Source: a virus
Lineage: Duplodnaviria > Caudoviricetes
IMG/VR virus record: IMGVR_UViG_3300028833_000071
Length of the DNA: 64,000 bases
Reading direction: 5' to 3' (one strand)
Positions within the stretch are counted from its first letter, which is position 1. Every line of letters begins with the position of its first letter. This document shows positions 30,065-40,924 of this stretch, piece after piece. The notes below the pieces were generated by a model, which searched no databases, was not told the DNA's origin, and worked only from the letters and a program-made list of their open reading frames with translations. Both the position numbers and the translations under genes were made by a program.

Positions 30065-30833
30065 AACAAATAAGGAAAAAGAAACTGTTAATGTTAAATT
30101 AGGCCATGAATATGTTGACCTTGGATTGCCAAGTGGTACATTGTGGGCCAAATGCAATATTGGTGCCAATTCACCTGAAGATTTCGGTGATTATTTTGCT
30201 TGGGGAGAAGTTAATGGTTACAAGTACGAGAATGAGCAATTTGTACTTGATGTAACTGGTAACCAAGAAGATGCTGTCACTTATGACAAAACAGTAAACG
30301 GATTCAGTTGGGAAAGTGGAACCAACACATACAAATTCGGTTCTTATGATGGTAAAGCATCTCCAGACTATGGTATGACAAAATACAATAAAACCGATGG
30401 CAAGACAGTTCTTGACCTTGAGGATGATGCTGCTTATGTCAATTGGGGAGAAAATTGGAGGATGCCCACAGTTGAAGAGATAAGTGAATTGATAGATTCA
30501 AAGAATACCAGTCATGAATTTACTTCAATGAATAATGTACAGGGTATATTGTTTACATCATTGTCCAATGGTAATACGTTGTTTGTCCCTTCTGCTGGTA
30601 GCGCTTGCGGTACTTCAGTCAATTACATTGGTGACTACGGTTACTGTTGGTCTGGTTTGCTGTATAGTGAGAATGTCTACAATGCGCGGCATTTGAGTTT
30701 CATTAGGGACAGGGATGATGTCTACGTCGACAACTACTACCGGTACAACGGGTTCTCTGTGCGCCCTGTATATAAAGATAAAATTCAAATTGTTGATGGT
30801 TTTAATCAATATGTAATTAATTTTCCCGAATAA
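30054..30833 (+). CDS. CLec-fold (DUF1566/Fib_succ_major-like) protein; DGR-target paralogue
   Basis: HEYVDLGLPSGTLWA...WRMPT...GFSVRPV; 30408-30769 is near-identical to 43164-43522. Confidence 0.8.
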   Translation: MKNKTNKEKETVNVKLGHEYVDLGLPSGTLWAKCNIGANSPEDFGDYFAWGEVNGYKYENEQFVLDVTGNQEDAVTYDKTVNGFSWESGTNTYKFGSYDGKASPDYGMTKYNKTDGKTVLDLEDDAAYVNWGENWRMPTVEEISELIDSKNTSHEFTSMNNVQGILFTSLSNGNTLFVPSAGSACGTSVNYIGDYGYCWSGLLYSENVYNARHLSFIRDRDDVYVDNYYRYNGFSVRPVYKDKIQIVDGFNQYVINFPE

Positions 30834-30854
30834 AAAATTAAAATTTAAAATAAA

Positions 30855-31304
30855 ATGACATTAGAAGAAAAAATACAAAAGGATTTGATGGATGCGACAA
30901 AGAATAAAGATAATTGCCGCATGGAAACATTAAGACTTGTCAAAACTGAAATAAGCAAAGTTAAAACGGCACCGAATTCAAAGGGCGTGTTAACTGATGA
31001 CGATGTTTTGAAAATAATGCAGAAAATGCAGAAAGAAAGACAAGAAACATCTGAAATATATAAGGCAAATGGCCGAAATGATTTGGCTGAAAAAGAATTA
31101 TCAGAATTAAACATTATTTCAGAATATTTGCCACAAAAACTTAGTGAAGATGAAGTTGAAAAAATAGTTAAAGAGATAATTGTTAATTTGAATGCCTCAA
31201 CAATAAAAGACATGGGTAAAGTAATGAAAGAGGCTTCAACAATAATCGGCTGTCGTTCTGATGGCAAAACTATTAGTTCAATTGTAAAGAAATGTTTAAG
31301 TTAA
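30855..31304 (+). CDS. GatB/YqeY domain protein
   Basis: TLEEKIQKDL...GRNDLAEKE...YLPQKLSEDE...KDMGKVM. Confidence 0.9.
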   Translation: MTLEEKIQKDLMDATKNKDNCRMETLRLVKTEISKVKTAPNSKGVLTDDDVLKIMQKMQKERQETSEIYKANGRNDLAEKELSELNIISEYLPQKLSEDEVEKIVKEIIVNLNASTIKDMGKVMKEASTIIGCRSDGKTISSIVKKCLS

Positions 31305-31335
31305 TAAGAATAATATAGTTTAATAATTTATAAAT

Positions 31336-31710
31336 ATGTCAATATGTTTTAATGGACGTGGTAATATTCGTCTAAAAAAAGAAACCGCAAAAGAGTTTAC
31401 AGATAAAATTGAAGGCCTTTTGAAAAAATGCAATGAACATAGTTTTAAGTACGACAGTGATAAAAATGTGTTTTATTTTGATAATTATGCAAGATATACC
31501 TTTATGGAAGATTGCAAACAGATTATTGAAGATAATATTGATTTAATTGAAGAAGGAAAGATTTTCTTTGTTTGTGATGACGAAGACGGAAGTGTTGAAA
31601 ATCCTTTTCCTTTTATGATTATGTATGAAATTGTCGAAGGAAAATTTTATGAGGAAACGCTTAAAAGTCGCTTACCTTTTGATTGGGAATTGCATTATGC
31701 CATTAAATAA
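31336..31710 (+). CDS. Hypothetical protein
   Basis: ORF in operon. Confidence 0.55.
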   Translation: MSICFNGRGNIRLKKETAKEFTDKIEGLLKKCNEHSFKYDSDKNVFYFDNYARYTFMEDCKQIIEDNIDLIEEGKIFFVCDDEDGSVENPFPFMIMYEIVEGKFYEETLKSRLPFDWELHYAIK

Positions 31711-31718
31711 ACAAAACC

Positions 31719-31994
31719 ATGAATTTAATAAAACAGACACTTTTAGATAATGGTTATATTGAATTAATGACCGGTTTTAACCGTTTTTATAAACCATTTA
31801 TAAGTGGCGGTTGCATTTTTGTCTTTTTAGACGAAATCAATCATTATGTTAGATTTGAATATAGGTATAACGATAACACAGAACAATTTATAGCACTTGA
31901 GCAAACGGTATTAGATATACTTGATACTTTTATCGTAGATACGGAAGAAAGATTTAAATTATTTAAAGATAACATAAAATTTAAAAAATTATAA
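31719..31994 (+). CDS. Hypothetical protein
   Basis: ORF in operon. Confidence 0.5.
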   Translation: MNLIKQTLLDNGYIELMTGFNRFYKPFISGGCIFVFLDEINHYVRFEYRYNDNTEQFIALEQTVLDILDTFIVDTEERFKLFKDNIKFKKL

Positions 31995-31996
31995 TT

Positions 31997-32350
31997 ATGA
32001 AAATTTACACATATACAACAGAAGAAGGAGAACTAAGGTCCATTAGATTTTTTGACAAGTCTCTTGTAACAGATGAAGAAATTGCCGATAAAGTAAAATC
32101 TGCTAATGAAAAAGCAGGAAGAGAGGCTTATAAATTATTTGATGTTTCTGAAAACATGGAAGAAATTATTCTGTTCCTACTTGGGGAGAAACACTATAAA
32201 AGATATGCTGATATTGATGACCTTGAAGAAACCATGGAAACCCTTGATAACAATATTTATGGTCTATCTTGTGATATCAGTGATATAGCCGACCAAATGG
32301 AACGGATTAAAAGAACATTCAACGAAATTAAAGAAAATTTAAAATCATAA
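31997..32350 (+). CDS. Hypothetical protein
   Basis: ORF in operon. Confidence 0.55.
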   Translation: MKIYTYTTEEGELRSIRFFDKSLVTDEEIADKVKSANEKAGREAYKLFDVSENMEEIILFLLGEKHYKRYADIDDLEETMETLDNNIYGLSCDISDIADQMERIKRTFNEIKENLKS

Positions 32351-32353
32351 TTT

Positions 32354-32818
32354 ATGGAAGCAATTATAAAACAAATGACTGTTTACAAATCTAATGACGG
32401 TAAAGAATTCTTAAACAAAGAAGAATGTGAAAAATATGAAAAACTTTTAACCAACATTAAATATTTTGTCGTTAAAAGCAATCCTGACTTAACCGAAACT
32501 GGTCTTATGCAATATAGTAGTGTGGTTGCTGTTTATTCAGGACATTATTGTCATGAGGCTATTGTTGAAAATTGGTGTGTCAAAGAAAAAGGTTTTTCAA
32601 TTTTAATGCCATCTGTACAAGGTTATGATTTTCAAAGAGGATTTGAAATCTACGAAGATAAATTAAATCAATGGGGCCGTTTTAAAAAAGGGGAAAAAGT
32701 AAACCCTAATTCAGGTTATACAATACCAATATATGATGAAAAGATATTTTTGTCGCCAATTGAGATAGAAGGTTTTCCTAAACCTTTTAATTATATGGAA
32801 AAATGGGGCTTTAAATAA
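32354..32818 (+). CDS. Hypothetical phage protein
   Basis: N-terminal VYKSNDGKEFLNKEECEKYE motif common in phage hypotheticals. Confidence 0.6.
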   Translation: MEAIIKQMTVYKSNDGKEFLNKEECEKYEKLLTNIKYFVVKSNPDLTETGLMQYSSVVAVYSGHYCHEAIVENWCVKEKGFSILMPSVQGYDFQRGFEIYEDKLNQWGRFKKGEKVNPNSGYTIPIYDEKIFLSPIEIEGFPKPFNYMEKWGFK

Positions 32819-32822
32819 ACTT

Positions 32823-32838
32823 TGGCACGGTTTTTGTA
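32823..32838 (+). promoter_or_regulatory. sigma54-like -24/-12 promoter
   Basis: TGGCACG-GTTT-TTGTA, 34 nt before the ATG at 32873. Confidence 0.65.
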
Positions 32839-32872
32839 TGGTATTAGGATGAACTTAAAATAATAAAATAAA

Positions 32873-33349
32873 ATGTTAGAAAAAAGTCGTAATTATTATC
32901 TTAGTGCTTTTGCTTGTGCAATAGTAGGCATTGTTGCCGTTTTAATCGGGTGGTATTTTTGGTCCTTTGTTATCTTTTTCGGCGCTTTTTTATTGGCTTG
33001 TTGTGGTGGCGCAATAAAAGATATTGATAGAGAGCAAAAAGCGTTTAATGAATTTTTTGACATTTCTGTATTCAAACTTGGAATGTCAATAAGTGAAGTT
33101 GCACAATTAAATAAAAGGTATGGCCTTGTTGAAAGAAGTGATGAAAAAAACACGAATTCAGCTGAAATATGCCCATCATGTGGTGCTAATTTAATTAACG
33201 GCAAATGTGATTATTGTGGTTATGTACATACAAACACTACGAATATTACTCGTTTTATTTATGAATCCATTTATGGCTTGAGAATTTTTGAATTTAATGA
33301 ATATGGTAAACTAATTAATTTTAAAAGAATAGTTAAAAACAATAAATAA
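32873..33349 (+). CDS. Membrane protein with Zn ribbon
   Basis: Two N-terminal hydrophobic segments; CPSCG...CDYCG. Confidence 0.6.
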   Translation: MLEKSRNYYLSAFACAIVGIVAVLIGWYFWSFVIFFGAFLLACCGGAIKDIDREQKAFNEFFDISVFKLGMSISEVAQLNKRYGLVERSDEKNTNSAEICPSCGANLINGKCDYCGYVHTNTTNITRFIYESIYGLRIFEFNEYGKLINFKRIVKNNK

Positions 33350-33350
33350 A

Positions 33351-34574
33351 ATGACAATACAGGAACTTAATGACAATAAATTACTTGGCTACAAATATCT
33401 GCGAGGCAGTTGGAGTCATGGAATAGGTGTTGAAGGTAAATCAGATTATGATTATGGCGGTGTTTTTATTGCACCCATTGAAAATATAATCGGATTAAGG
33501 TCAAATTATATTGAACAGGTTTCAGATGAAAAAAATGATGAAACTTATTATGAATTTGGTAGATGGATTGAATTGTTATTGAAATCAAATCCAACGGCAC
33601 TTGAAAGTCTTTTTATTGATAAGAAGTTTATTATCGGCGATGTGCACCCTGCAATACAGCATATTATTGATAATAAAGAAATGTTTTTGTCTAAAGAATG
33701 CTTTAACCCATTACTAGGGTATTCGATTGCTCAAATACGCAAAGCTACGGGATATAATAAAAAGTGCCATATACCTGAAAATTTCCAAAGAAAAGGTGTA
33801 CTTGATTTTTGTTATACTTTTAAACATCAAGGTTCTCAACCTTTTAAAGATTGGCTTAAAGAAAATGGGCTTGACCAAAAATATTGTGGCCTTGTTAATG
33901 TACCTAACATGAAAGATGTGTATGGTGTCTATTATGATTTTGCCGCTTATTTTCATTTCGAAAATATAGAATGGGAAAAAGATTTTTGGCAAAGACGAAA
34001 TGATAGAACTTCAAAATATGCTAAATATTTCCTCACTATTGAGCAAATGCAAACAATAAAAGAAAGAATAAAGAATAAAGAATTTTTTGGTTATCCCGGT
34101 GTTGTTAACAGCAATAATGATACAGATTCAAATGATGTGAGACTTTGTTCAATACCCAAGGGGGAGACACCTATTTGTTATATGATGTTCAATAAAGACG
34201 GATATAGTGTTCATTGTCGTGAATATAAGGAATGGCGTGAATGGAAAGAAAAACGAAACCAAACTCGTTATTCTGACAATAAAGGTTATAACTTTGACGC
34301 TAAAAATATGTGTGAGACAATAAGATTAATACATACGGGAATTGAATTGGCTCGTGATGGAGAATTTAATGTTGAAAGAACATGGGATAGAAATTTCCTA
34401 TTAAGTGTCAAAAATCATGAGGTTAGTTATGACGAAATAACAAAATATGTAAATACCAAAAAAGAAGAATTTGATAAATTAGTATTGACTTCAACACTCC
34501 CTGATAAGCTTGATTATAACAAAATCAATCAAATTCTTATTGATTCAAGAAAAATGATTTATAATTTAAAATAA
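33351..34574 (+). CDS. Predicted nucleotidyltransferase (YcgL/RlaP-like)
   Basis: RGSWSHG...SDYDYGGVF, LLKSNPTALE, FDAKNMCETIRL. Confidence 0.8.
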   Translation: MTIQELNDNKLLGYKYLRGSWSHGIGVEGKSDYDYGGVFIAPIENIIGLRSNYIEQVSDEKNDETYYEFGRWIELLLKSNPTALESLFIDKKFIIGDVHPAIQHIIDNKEMFLSKECFNPLLGYSIAQIRKATGYNKKCHIPENFQRKGVLDFCYTFKHQGSQPFKDWLKENGLDQKYCGLVNVPNMKDVYGVYYDFAAYFHFENIEWEKDFWQRRNDRTSKYAKYFLTIEQMQTIKERIKNKEFFGYPGVVNSNNDTDSNDVRLCSIPKGETPICYMMFNKDGYSVHCREYKEWREWKEKRNQTRYSDNKGYNFDAKNMCETIRLIHTGIELARDGEFNVERTWDRNFLLSVKNHEVSYDEITKYVNTKKEEFDKLVLTSTLPDKLDYNKINQILIDSRKMIYNLK

Positions 34575-34608
34575 TTTTTGTATATTTTTAACAAAGAAAA
34601 TTTAAAAC

Positions 34609-35415
34609 ATGGAAAATATTGAACAAATTATTCCTGAAATTGAAGAGAAAAACACAGAAAATACTCTTAATAATGCCAACATAATCAAGAATTTTTCTTA
34701 TGACCAAACAGAAATTCTTCATAATATTGGATTGTTATATAATAACGGCTCGGACCAATTTGATTGTGATATAACTGCAAGTACGCTTGGTTTTTATAAT
34801 GGCAAACGCAATTGTATGTACAATATCCCTGAGCCTAAAATATTAATGGATGTATGCCCCACAAGAGAAGATATAATTAAAATTGAAAAATGGGGTGATT
34901 TGCCGTTGGAAGATGAGTCAATTAATTCAATTGTAATTGACTTGCCATTTGTTATTTCTCCACAAAATGCCCCATCAGCCGTATCAAATAAAGAGGGAGC
35001 AAGCCTCATATATAAAAGATTTTCAGCATATTACCCAGTTGATAACTTGTATTTATCATACTATCATTGGCTTGCTTCCGCATACAGAGTATTAAAAGAA
35101 AATGGTGTTTGTATCTTTAAATGCCAATCAATGATTTCAGGCGGCATTAGGCATAATGTTGAAGAGTTTAGTTTTATGGCGGCACAAAGACTTGGTTTTA
35201 AAATGGTTGATAAATTTACATTGCTTGCAAAGGCAAGGCTTATTTCCTCAGGTAGATATAAGTCAGGCCAAGTACATTCAAGAAGTTATACATCCATGTT
35301 CTTGGTATTTGTTAAATCTTCAAAACAAAAATCAAAAGATTTTAATTATGAAGAATTGCTTGACAGATGTGAGAGAGAGGAACAAGAACATTATATCAAT
35401 GTGGTGGAAAAATAA
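34609..35415 (+). CDS. SAM-dependent (probably DNA) methyltransferase
   Basis: DITASTLGFY, DLPLEDESINSIVIDLPF, AYRVLKENGVCIFKCQ. Confidence 0.7.
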   Translation: MENIEQIIPEIEEKNTENTLNNANIIKNFSYDQTEILHNIGLLYNNGSDQFDCDITASTLGFYNGKRNCMYNIPEPKILMDVCPTREDIIKIEKWGDLPLEDESINSIVIDLPFVISPQNAPSAVSNKEGASLIYKRFSAYYPVDNLYLSYYHWLASAYRVLKENGVCIFKCQSMISGGIRHNVEEFSFMAAQRLGFKMVDKFTLLAKARLISSGRYKSGQVHSRSYTSMFLVFVKSSKQKSKDFNYEELLDRCEREEQEHYINVVEK

Positions 35416-35441
35416 AAGGTGGCAAATAAGCCACCTTTTTT
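35414..35441. terminator. Bidirectional intrinsic terminator
   Basis: aaaaggtggc-aaataa-gccacctttt. Confidence 0.75.
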
Positions 35442-35448
35442 AATTAAT

Positions 35449-35487
35449 CAAGTAAGAAGCCCCTCACTTTAGGGAGGGGTAGTCCAC
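35449..35487 (+). mobile_element. Minimal IS200/IS605-type end element (REP-like scar)
   Basis: TTAAT|CAAGTAAGAAGCCCCTCACTTTAGGGAGGGGTAGTCCAC; near copy at 39218-39247. Confidence 0.65.
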
Positions 35488-35490
35488 TTG

Positions 35491-38103
35491 TTAAGGTACT
35501 AAATCTGCTGGTGTCCATTTCTTTATTATACCATTTCTATCTTTGCCAACATGTGTCTCGTATTCTTGGTTGGTGTTAGTAATTAATATATTGGTATAAT
35601 TATTGTAATCACCTTTAACACTTTCTTCGATTATACAATTCTTAATGACATTATTTGAAGAGGTAACTTGTGATGATGTTAACTTTACACATTCAACGCC
35701 ATTTTTAAATTCACAATAATGTACATGGCCTATAAGATGTTCTGTATCGGAACCGAATATAATGTTTTTGGAATTAATGCCAAATATATTAGAACAACAA
35801 TCTTCACCTAAATTTATATCAGATGCATTAGTATTAAATATATTATAATTACAATCATTTTTTAAATTAATACCGTTAGAACCAATTTTTAATGTATTAC
35901 TATAACAATTGTAGCCAAAAGTATTAAAATGGCAATTATTTTCTAAAATATTAGAAAAACAATATCCATCAAATGTATTATTAATACAATCACAACCTAA
36001 GCAATTACTGGTAAAAACATCCTGTGTATTATTATCATGACAATAATCTCTAAATTTATTAGACGCACAATAAGCACCAAATACATTCGTATTACAATTA
36101 TTGACAAATTCATTAGAATAAAATTCAATATTTGCAACAATATTATAACAATTAATACCAAATATATTTGAAATACATCCAGGTAAAAATGTCATTGAGT
36201 GGCAATTAGAATTAAACATATTGGAATAACAATAATGTGTAATACCTTCATTTTCATCATATGACAAAACGATGTTGTTAAGTATTTGTTCACGATAATA
36301 ACTACCTACCTGATTATTTTTTCTTAATGGCAATATTATATTATCATAACAATATTTAGTAAATTGTCCGTTTGAATTATTATCAATATTATTTAATGAG
36401 CCATCTATTATATCTGTTTTTTTAATATATGTAAATGTATAATAATAAGCAGAAGCACCATTATAATGATAAACCTCACCACCCAGACCCTCATGCGGAA
36501 AATGCGCATTATCAATATCCGGATTTAAGAAACCCGCATATGTATCTTTTAAACTCATTACACCTGTGGTTCCACTAATTACATTATCTATATAATAACG
36601 TTTAAACATTATATTTTTAAAATCATAAGGGGCTTTGTTACCAAATTCATCCTCCATTTCATATATAACACCTTTACCGTTAACTTCATCGGCCCATTTA
36701 AACCTATTGATGTTATTATCTAAGCAATATTTTAATTTCCATACATTAAGATTATTATAACCAAAATAAGGAGGTTTATTTTTACTTTCACTATCTTCAT
36801 GCATAATAGCACCTGCATTTTCAGATAATGTTTTCTCGTCAATTGCAAAAACAATCACATCAAAATCGTGCCCTGCTGATTGTGTATCAGTTTGTGTCGT
36901 AGTACATGTATAGTCTGTAATACGATAAAAATGGCCTGGGTTAAGATGTTCAGCATCTCGTAAATCTTTTAACTCTGAATAGGTTAATGGTATCATGGCC
37001 GAAGGTAAATCAATAATAATATTACCAGCTGTCGGTTTTAAAACAGTGCCACGATTTACATCATTAACAATCACATCACCTGTTGGTATGTTTATATTGT
37101 TTTGTGATGGGGAATAAAAAGGTGTAGAAAGGTTAATTGCTGTTGGACCACCCACAGTCAAAAAACTTGTTTCACCATCAAATGAACCTGTAGGGCCTTG
37201 TGGTCCTGTAGGCCCGACATTTCCATCTAATCCGTCTCGGCCATCTTTTCCTGTAGGACCTTGAGGACCTTGTTCACCTTGAGCACCGGTAGGACCTTGT
37301 GCACCTGTTTCGCCTGTTGGACCTTTAGGGCCCTGTATAGGACCGACATTTGTCCATAGATTATTGTTAAAAACATATAAATCACCATTTATAAGATAAC
37401 CATCACCTGGATGTGGGTCTACAATATCCTCCAAATCACTTTCATCTTCTAATGTTCCTTGTATTACAACACTTGTTCCATCATTGCCCTGTGGACCTGT
37501 GGGACCTTGTGGACCGACTGAACCTGTGGGACCTTGTGGACCTGTTAAACCCATACCTTGTGGACCTGTGGGACCTATTGGGCCATTTAAACCTGTTGGA
37601 CCGACGGCACCTGTAGGACCTTCAGGACCGATTTCACCTGTGGGGCCGATTTCGCCTGTTTTACCTGTAGGACCTTGTGGGCCAATTAAACCTGTAGGAC
37701 CGATGGCACCTGTAGGACCCATAGGGCCATCTTCTCCTTGTGCACCATCATCACCTTTTAACCCTTTAGGACCTGTAGGACCTATTGGACCAATTAAACC
37801 TGTAGGGCCAATTTCACCTGTTGGGCCTTGTGCACCTGTAGGACCTTGAGGGCCTTGTTCACCTTGAGCACCTGTAGGACCGACCATACTTGAACCATCG
37901 GCACCATCTTTACCCTTTGGACCTGTTGGACCTGTTGGACCCACCTCACCTTTAGGACCTGATTTACCCATACATCCCTTTGGACCTTGTAAACCTTGCT
38001 CTCCTTGTGGACCTGTAGGACCAGTAGAACCATTTTTACCTGGAGCACCTTGGCATCCTCTTGGACCTGTTGGACCTATCATATAAATTACTTCGTTTTC
38101 CAT
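35491..38103 (-). CDS. Collagen-like fibre protein with Asn/Cys-rich C-terminal beta-solenoid-like repeats
   Basis: Long G-P-T/G-x-y tracts; [12 protein letters not shown] spacer; NxFGxNCxxN repeats. Confidence 0.8.
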   Translation of the reverse strand: MENEVIYMIGPTGPRGCQGAPGKNGSTGPTGPQGEQGLQGPKGCMGKSGPKGEVGPTGPTGPKGKDGADGSSMVGPTGAQGEQGPQGPTGAQGPTGEIGPTGLIGPIGPTGPKGLKGDDGAQGEDGPMGPTGAIGPTGLIGPQGPTGKTGEIGPTGEIGPEGPTGAVGPTGLNGPIGPTGPQGMGLTGPQGPTGSVGPQGPTGPQGNDGTSVVIQGTLEDESDLEDIVDPHPGDGYLINGDLYVFNNNLWTNVGPIQGPKGPTGETGAQGPTGAQGEQGPQGPTGKDGRDGLDGNVGPTGPQGPTGSFDGETSFLTVGGPTAINLSTPFYSPSQNNINIPTGDVIVNDVNRGTVLKPTAGNIIIDLPSAMIPLTYSELKDLRDAEHLNPGHFYRITDYTCTTTQTDTQSAGHDFDVIVFAIDEKTLSENAGAIMHEDSESKNKPPYFGYNNLNVWKLKYCLDNNINRFKWADEVNGKGVIYEMEDEFGNKAPYDFKNIMFKRYYIDNVISGTTGVMSLKDTYAGFLNPDIDNAHFPHEGLGGEVYHYNGASAYYYTFTYIKKTDIIDGSLNNIDNNSNGQFTKYCYDNIILPLRKNNQVGSYYREQILNNIVLSYDENEGITHYCYSNMFNSNCHSMTFLPGCISNIFGINCYNIVANIEFYSNEFVNNCNTNVFGAYCASNKFRDYCHDNNTQDVFTSNCLGCDCINNTFDGYCFSNILENNCHFNTFGYNCYSNTLKIGSNGINLKNDCNYNIFNTNASDINLGEDCCSNIFGINSKNIIFGSDTEHLIGHVHYCEFKNGVECVKLTSSQVTSSNNVIKNCIIEESVKGDYNNYTNILITNTNQEYETHVGKDRNGIIKKWTPADLVP

Positions 38104-38125
38104 GTTCTAAAATTTTCAATAACAA

Positions 38126-38422
38126 TTATAATGCAATGCCTATAATACACCCAAATATTATACCAATTGCAGCACAAATCAAATCATGATATTCTTTTGT
38201 ATGACTGCTTTTTTTATCATAATAGCATTTTGCCAATGCAAATAAAAGTGAGATACAAACCGATAAAACTGTTGGTGCAAAAACCATGAAAACAATTGTA
38301 ATTAATGCAAAACTTTCCATGTTTAACAAACCGTCAAAACCAATCCATTTTTTGCCCGCTTCATCTAATTTATTAATTAGATTATTAACATAATTGAATA
38401 CTTTTTTAAAAAATTCTTTCAT
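38126..38422 (-). CDS. Small membrane protein (late motif)
   Basis: 2-3 hydrophobic segments; CTATTTAT at 38442-38449. Confidence 0.6.
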   Translation of the reverse strand: MKEFFKKVFNYVNNLINKLDEAGKKWIGFDGLLNMESFALITIVFMVFAPTVLSVCISLLFALAKCYYDKKSSHTKEYHDLICAAIGIIFGCIIGIAL

Positions 38423-38461
38423 AATATTTATACCTTTATTCATAAATAGAAACTTATTTGC

Positions 38462-39115
38462 TTAAAATTTGTATAACAATGATACGCCATAGAAATTGTT
38501 TTTGGTTTTAAATGATTTGGCATATTGTAAATTAAGGCCATATCGTTCCTTAATGAAAAATCCAATATTGGCTGTCGGCATTATATTTTTATAGTCTTTA
38601 AAATCATTGTCAATTAAAATTCCTGCACCAATATATGGGCTAAACATCTTTGTTTTATAATTTGTTATTGTCACGGTCTTTTGTATAGGTGTAAATTGAT
38701 ACGATAATAATGACATTCTATTATATTGTACCGTAGCGTCAACAATACAGGTTCCTGTTGTGTCATTATTAAATAAGGTGTCACTATACATCCGTTTTGT
38801 AGCCCAATCCATCATTATTGCAGTTGTATCCTCTTTTGTTATCTCAATGTATTCGGTTATGATTTTTTCAGGAAATAATTCGCTATATATACTGTCCTTG
38901 ACACATTGTTTTATTATACTGAGGGTATCAGCTGGCTTTTCTATATAATAAGGCAGAGGATAAGGAATGGAGTCTCTTATTGTTTCTCCTTTAATGTATT
39001 TAACTATAACTTTTGGCTCAGTATTAATCGTGCTTCTACCAATAAAAAAGCCTGCAACGCCAAATATTAGCGCAATTATTATACTTATTACGATTATAAA
39101 CTGTTTATTATCCAT
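38462..39115 (-). CDS. N-terminally anchored Bacteroidota-phage-type protein (possibly lysis/spanin-associated)
   Basis: N-terminal TM helix, DTL/DSI repeats, beta-strand C-terminus ending YKF; late motif at 39133-39140. Confidence 0.55.
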   Translation of the reverse strand: MDNKQFIIVISIIIALIFGVAGFFIGRSTINTEPKVIVKYIKGETIRDSIPYPLPYYIEKPADTLSIIKQCVKDSIYSELFPEKIITEYIEITKEDTTAIMMDWATKRMYSDTLFNNDTTGTCIVDATVQYNRMSLLSYQFTPIQKTVTITNYKTKMFSPYIGAGILIDNDFKDYKNIMPTANIGFFIKERYGLNLQYAKSFKTKNNFYGVSLLYKF

Positions 39116-39217
39116 AATTTTATTTATTTATAATAAATAGTTTTTTGTTAAAAACAAAAAAGCACGCCTTTTCAGATGTGCCTTACCTAACATTAGCTGA
39201 ATTTTTATTTAATTAAT

Positions 39218-39247
39218 CACTCCTCACTTTAGGGAGGGGTAGTTCAC
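39218..39247 (+). mobile_element. IS200/IS605-type right-end scar
   Basis: TTAAT|CACTCCTCACTTTAGGGAGGGGTAGTTCAC abutting the stop codon of the guaC-like gene. Confidence 0.65.
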
Positions 39248-40396
39248 TTAATTGTTGTATGCAATTTTACTAATTTTAATCCATTGTGAATCTTTATATT
39301 CTTCAAGTGTTCTTGAATTGGTATAACTCATGGCAGATTTAAGATAATCAGTTTCATTTTCAACCCATCCTTTAAGGTCATATTCCACTTTTTGATATTT
39401 AATAAGGCCTTCGGATGTTTTTAATTTTGAATTGGAATTATTACCTTGATTAATCAATGATTGAGCTATTTTGGTACTTTGACCAAAAAATTGTTTCCAA
39501 ACGGTCAATTTTCCTTGTTTTATTAATTTAAATACCTCTTTAAATTTATTTTGTGGTATTTCTTTACCATAGTAAAATAAAGTTGTCAAAGGCCTCAAAA
39601 TCTTATTGCCACGAATATTCCAATAAAAACTACCATATGTGGTTTTACCGTTACTTTCAATGGTTTTATTGAACATACTTCCTATCATAACATAATCGGC
39701 ATAAATCAATGCTTTTTGGATATCCCTATATCCATGTATACCGCCGTCAGCGATTATTTTACACTTACCGCCAATTTCTTTTTTAGTTTTATAAATCTCT
39801 GATAGCAAAGAAAATACACCATAATGTAGTCCAAGATTACTCGAAGTTAAACAGGCATTTCCTGAACCTATACTGCATCTGAGAAAGTCTAAACCCGCTT
39901 CTTCATAATCTCGATAAGTTTCAGGATTGGCAATATTACCAGTCATAATTAAAATTTTATCACCATAGGCTTTTTTAATTTCCTTAACCAAATCAACAAG
40001 ACATTTCATATGGCCATTAGCCAAATCAATGCAAATTCTTAATGATTTGATTATACTTTCAGTATTTAATATTTCGTCAAAAACGCCATCATTAAAAAGT
40101 GCTTTTGTTTCATTTAATGAAAATGCAATAAAATTATATTTTCCAACAGTCTTTGCCTCGTCAATCATAAATTCCAAACGTTCTTCCAATGAATAGTTTC
40201 TTGGAATAACTGTATAAATTTTATTTTCGTTAAAACATTTTGCGTTTTCCATGGAAACAACCGAGGTCATGCAGCTTGCAAATATCGGCAAATATCCATT
40301 CTCATCATAAGGATTACATTCACTTCGAGATTCAATTGTTGTAATTCTTTCAGGGATAATTGTTACATCATCATAACCAAGTTTAAAATCTTCCAT
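39248..40396 (-). CDS. guaC: GMP reductase / IMPDH family protein
   Basis: LGYDDV, IDLANGH, GNIA, SIGSGNACLT, IIADGGI, SAMSYTNS. Confidence 0.8.
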   Translation of the reverse strand: MEDFKLGYDDVTIIPERITTIESRSECNPYDENGYLPIFASCMTSVVSMENAKCFNENKIYTVIPRNYSLEERLEFMIDEAKTVGKYNFIAFSLNETKALFNDGVFDEILNTESIIKSLRICIDLANGHMKCLVDLVKEIKKAYGDKILIMTGNIANPETYRDYEEAGLDFLRCSIGSGNACLTSSNLGLHYGVFSLLSEIYKTKKEIGGKCKIIADGGIHGYRDIQKALIYADYVMIGSMFNKTIESNGKTTYGSFYWNIRGNKILRPLTTLFYYGKEIPQNKFKEVFKLIKQGKLTVWKQFFGQSTKIAQSLINQGNNSNSKLKTSEGLIKYQKVEYDLKGWVENETDYLKSAMSYTNSRTLEEYKDSQWIKISKIAYNN

Positions 40397-40405
40397 TTCT
40401 AATTT

Positions 40406-40903
40406 TTAATTTATTTCAACATATTCAATTTTATCAGTTGCTTTGCTATAGCCATATACAGAATAAAAAGTTTCCTCAGTATAATCACAATAATCAACTT
40501 CAACACCCTCTTGTATCCAACATTTATCAACTGCCTCTTTCCACAATTTATACATCTTCTTTACATCACGAATTTTCATATCATCTTCTTCATAAGGTGG
40601 AATATAATGAGTGCTTTTAAGCAATTCTTCGCTTATAAATTCTGTGAGATTGTCAAAACTTTTTGATTTTTTCAAATTGCTGTAATCATTATATTCATAC
40701 ACAAGTGGAATAAAATTACACTTTGGGCATAATTTAAAGATTTCATCAACAAATGGTTTAATGCATATAATACTATTTTCACTTGTTGAACACTCTTTAA
40801 TAATATCCTCCGTTAGAGATTTCATAACGCTTTCAACATTTTTTTTGGAAGTGTCTGTCCCGATAAAATCAATTAAATTCTTAATTATTTCTTCTCTATT
40901 CAT
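40406..40903 (-). CDS. Hypothetical protein
   Basis: ORF in operon. Confidence 0.55.
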   Translation of the reverse strand: MNREEIIKNLIDFIGTDTSKKNVESVMKSLTEDIIKECSTSENSIICIKPFVDEIFKLCPKCNFIPLVYEYNDYSNLKKSKSFDNLTEFISEELLKSTHYIPPYEEDDMKIRDVKKMYKLWKEAVDKCWIQEGVEVDYCDYTEETFYSVYGYSKATDKIEYVEIN

Positions 40904-40924
40904 TTTATTTAAAAATTTTAATTA

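Noticed and set aside
30600-30769. This copy as the DGR template repeat
   Set aside because: It lies within an ORF and has non-A bases at many variable sites (e.g. TAC vs GGC, TGC vs TAC), so both copies look like VR products.
37190-38080. Dense ggacc repeats resembling a CRISPR or tandem array
   Set aside because: They encode collagen Gly-Pro-x triplets; no repeat-spacer structure.
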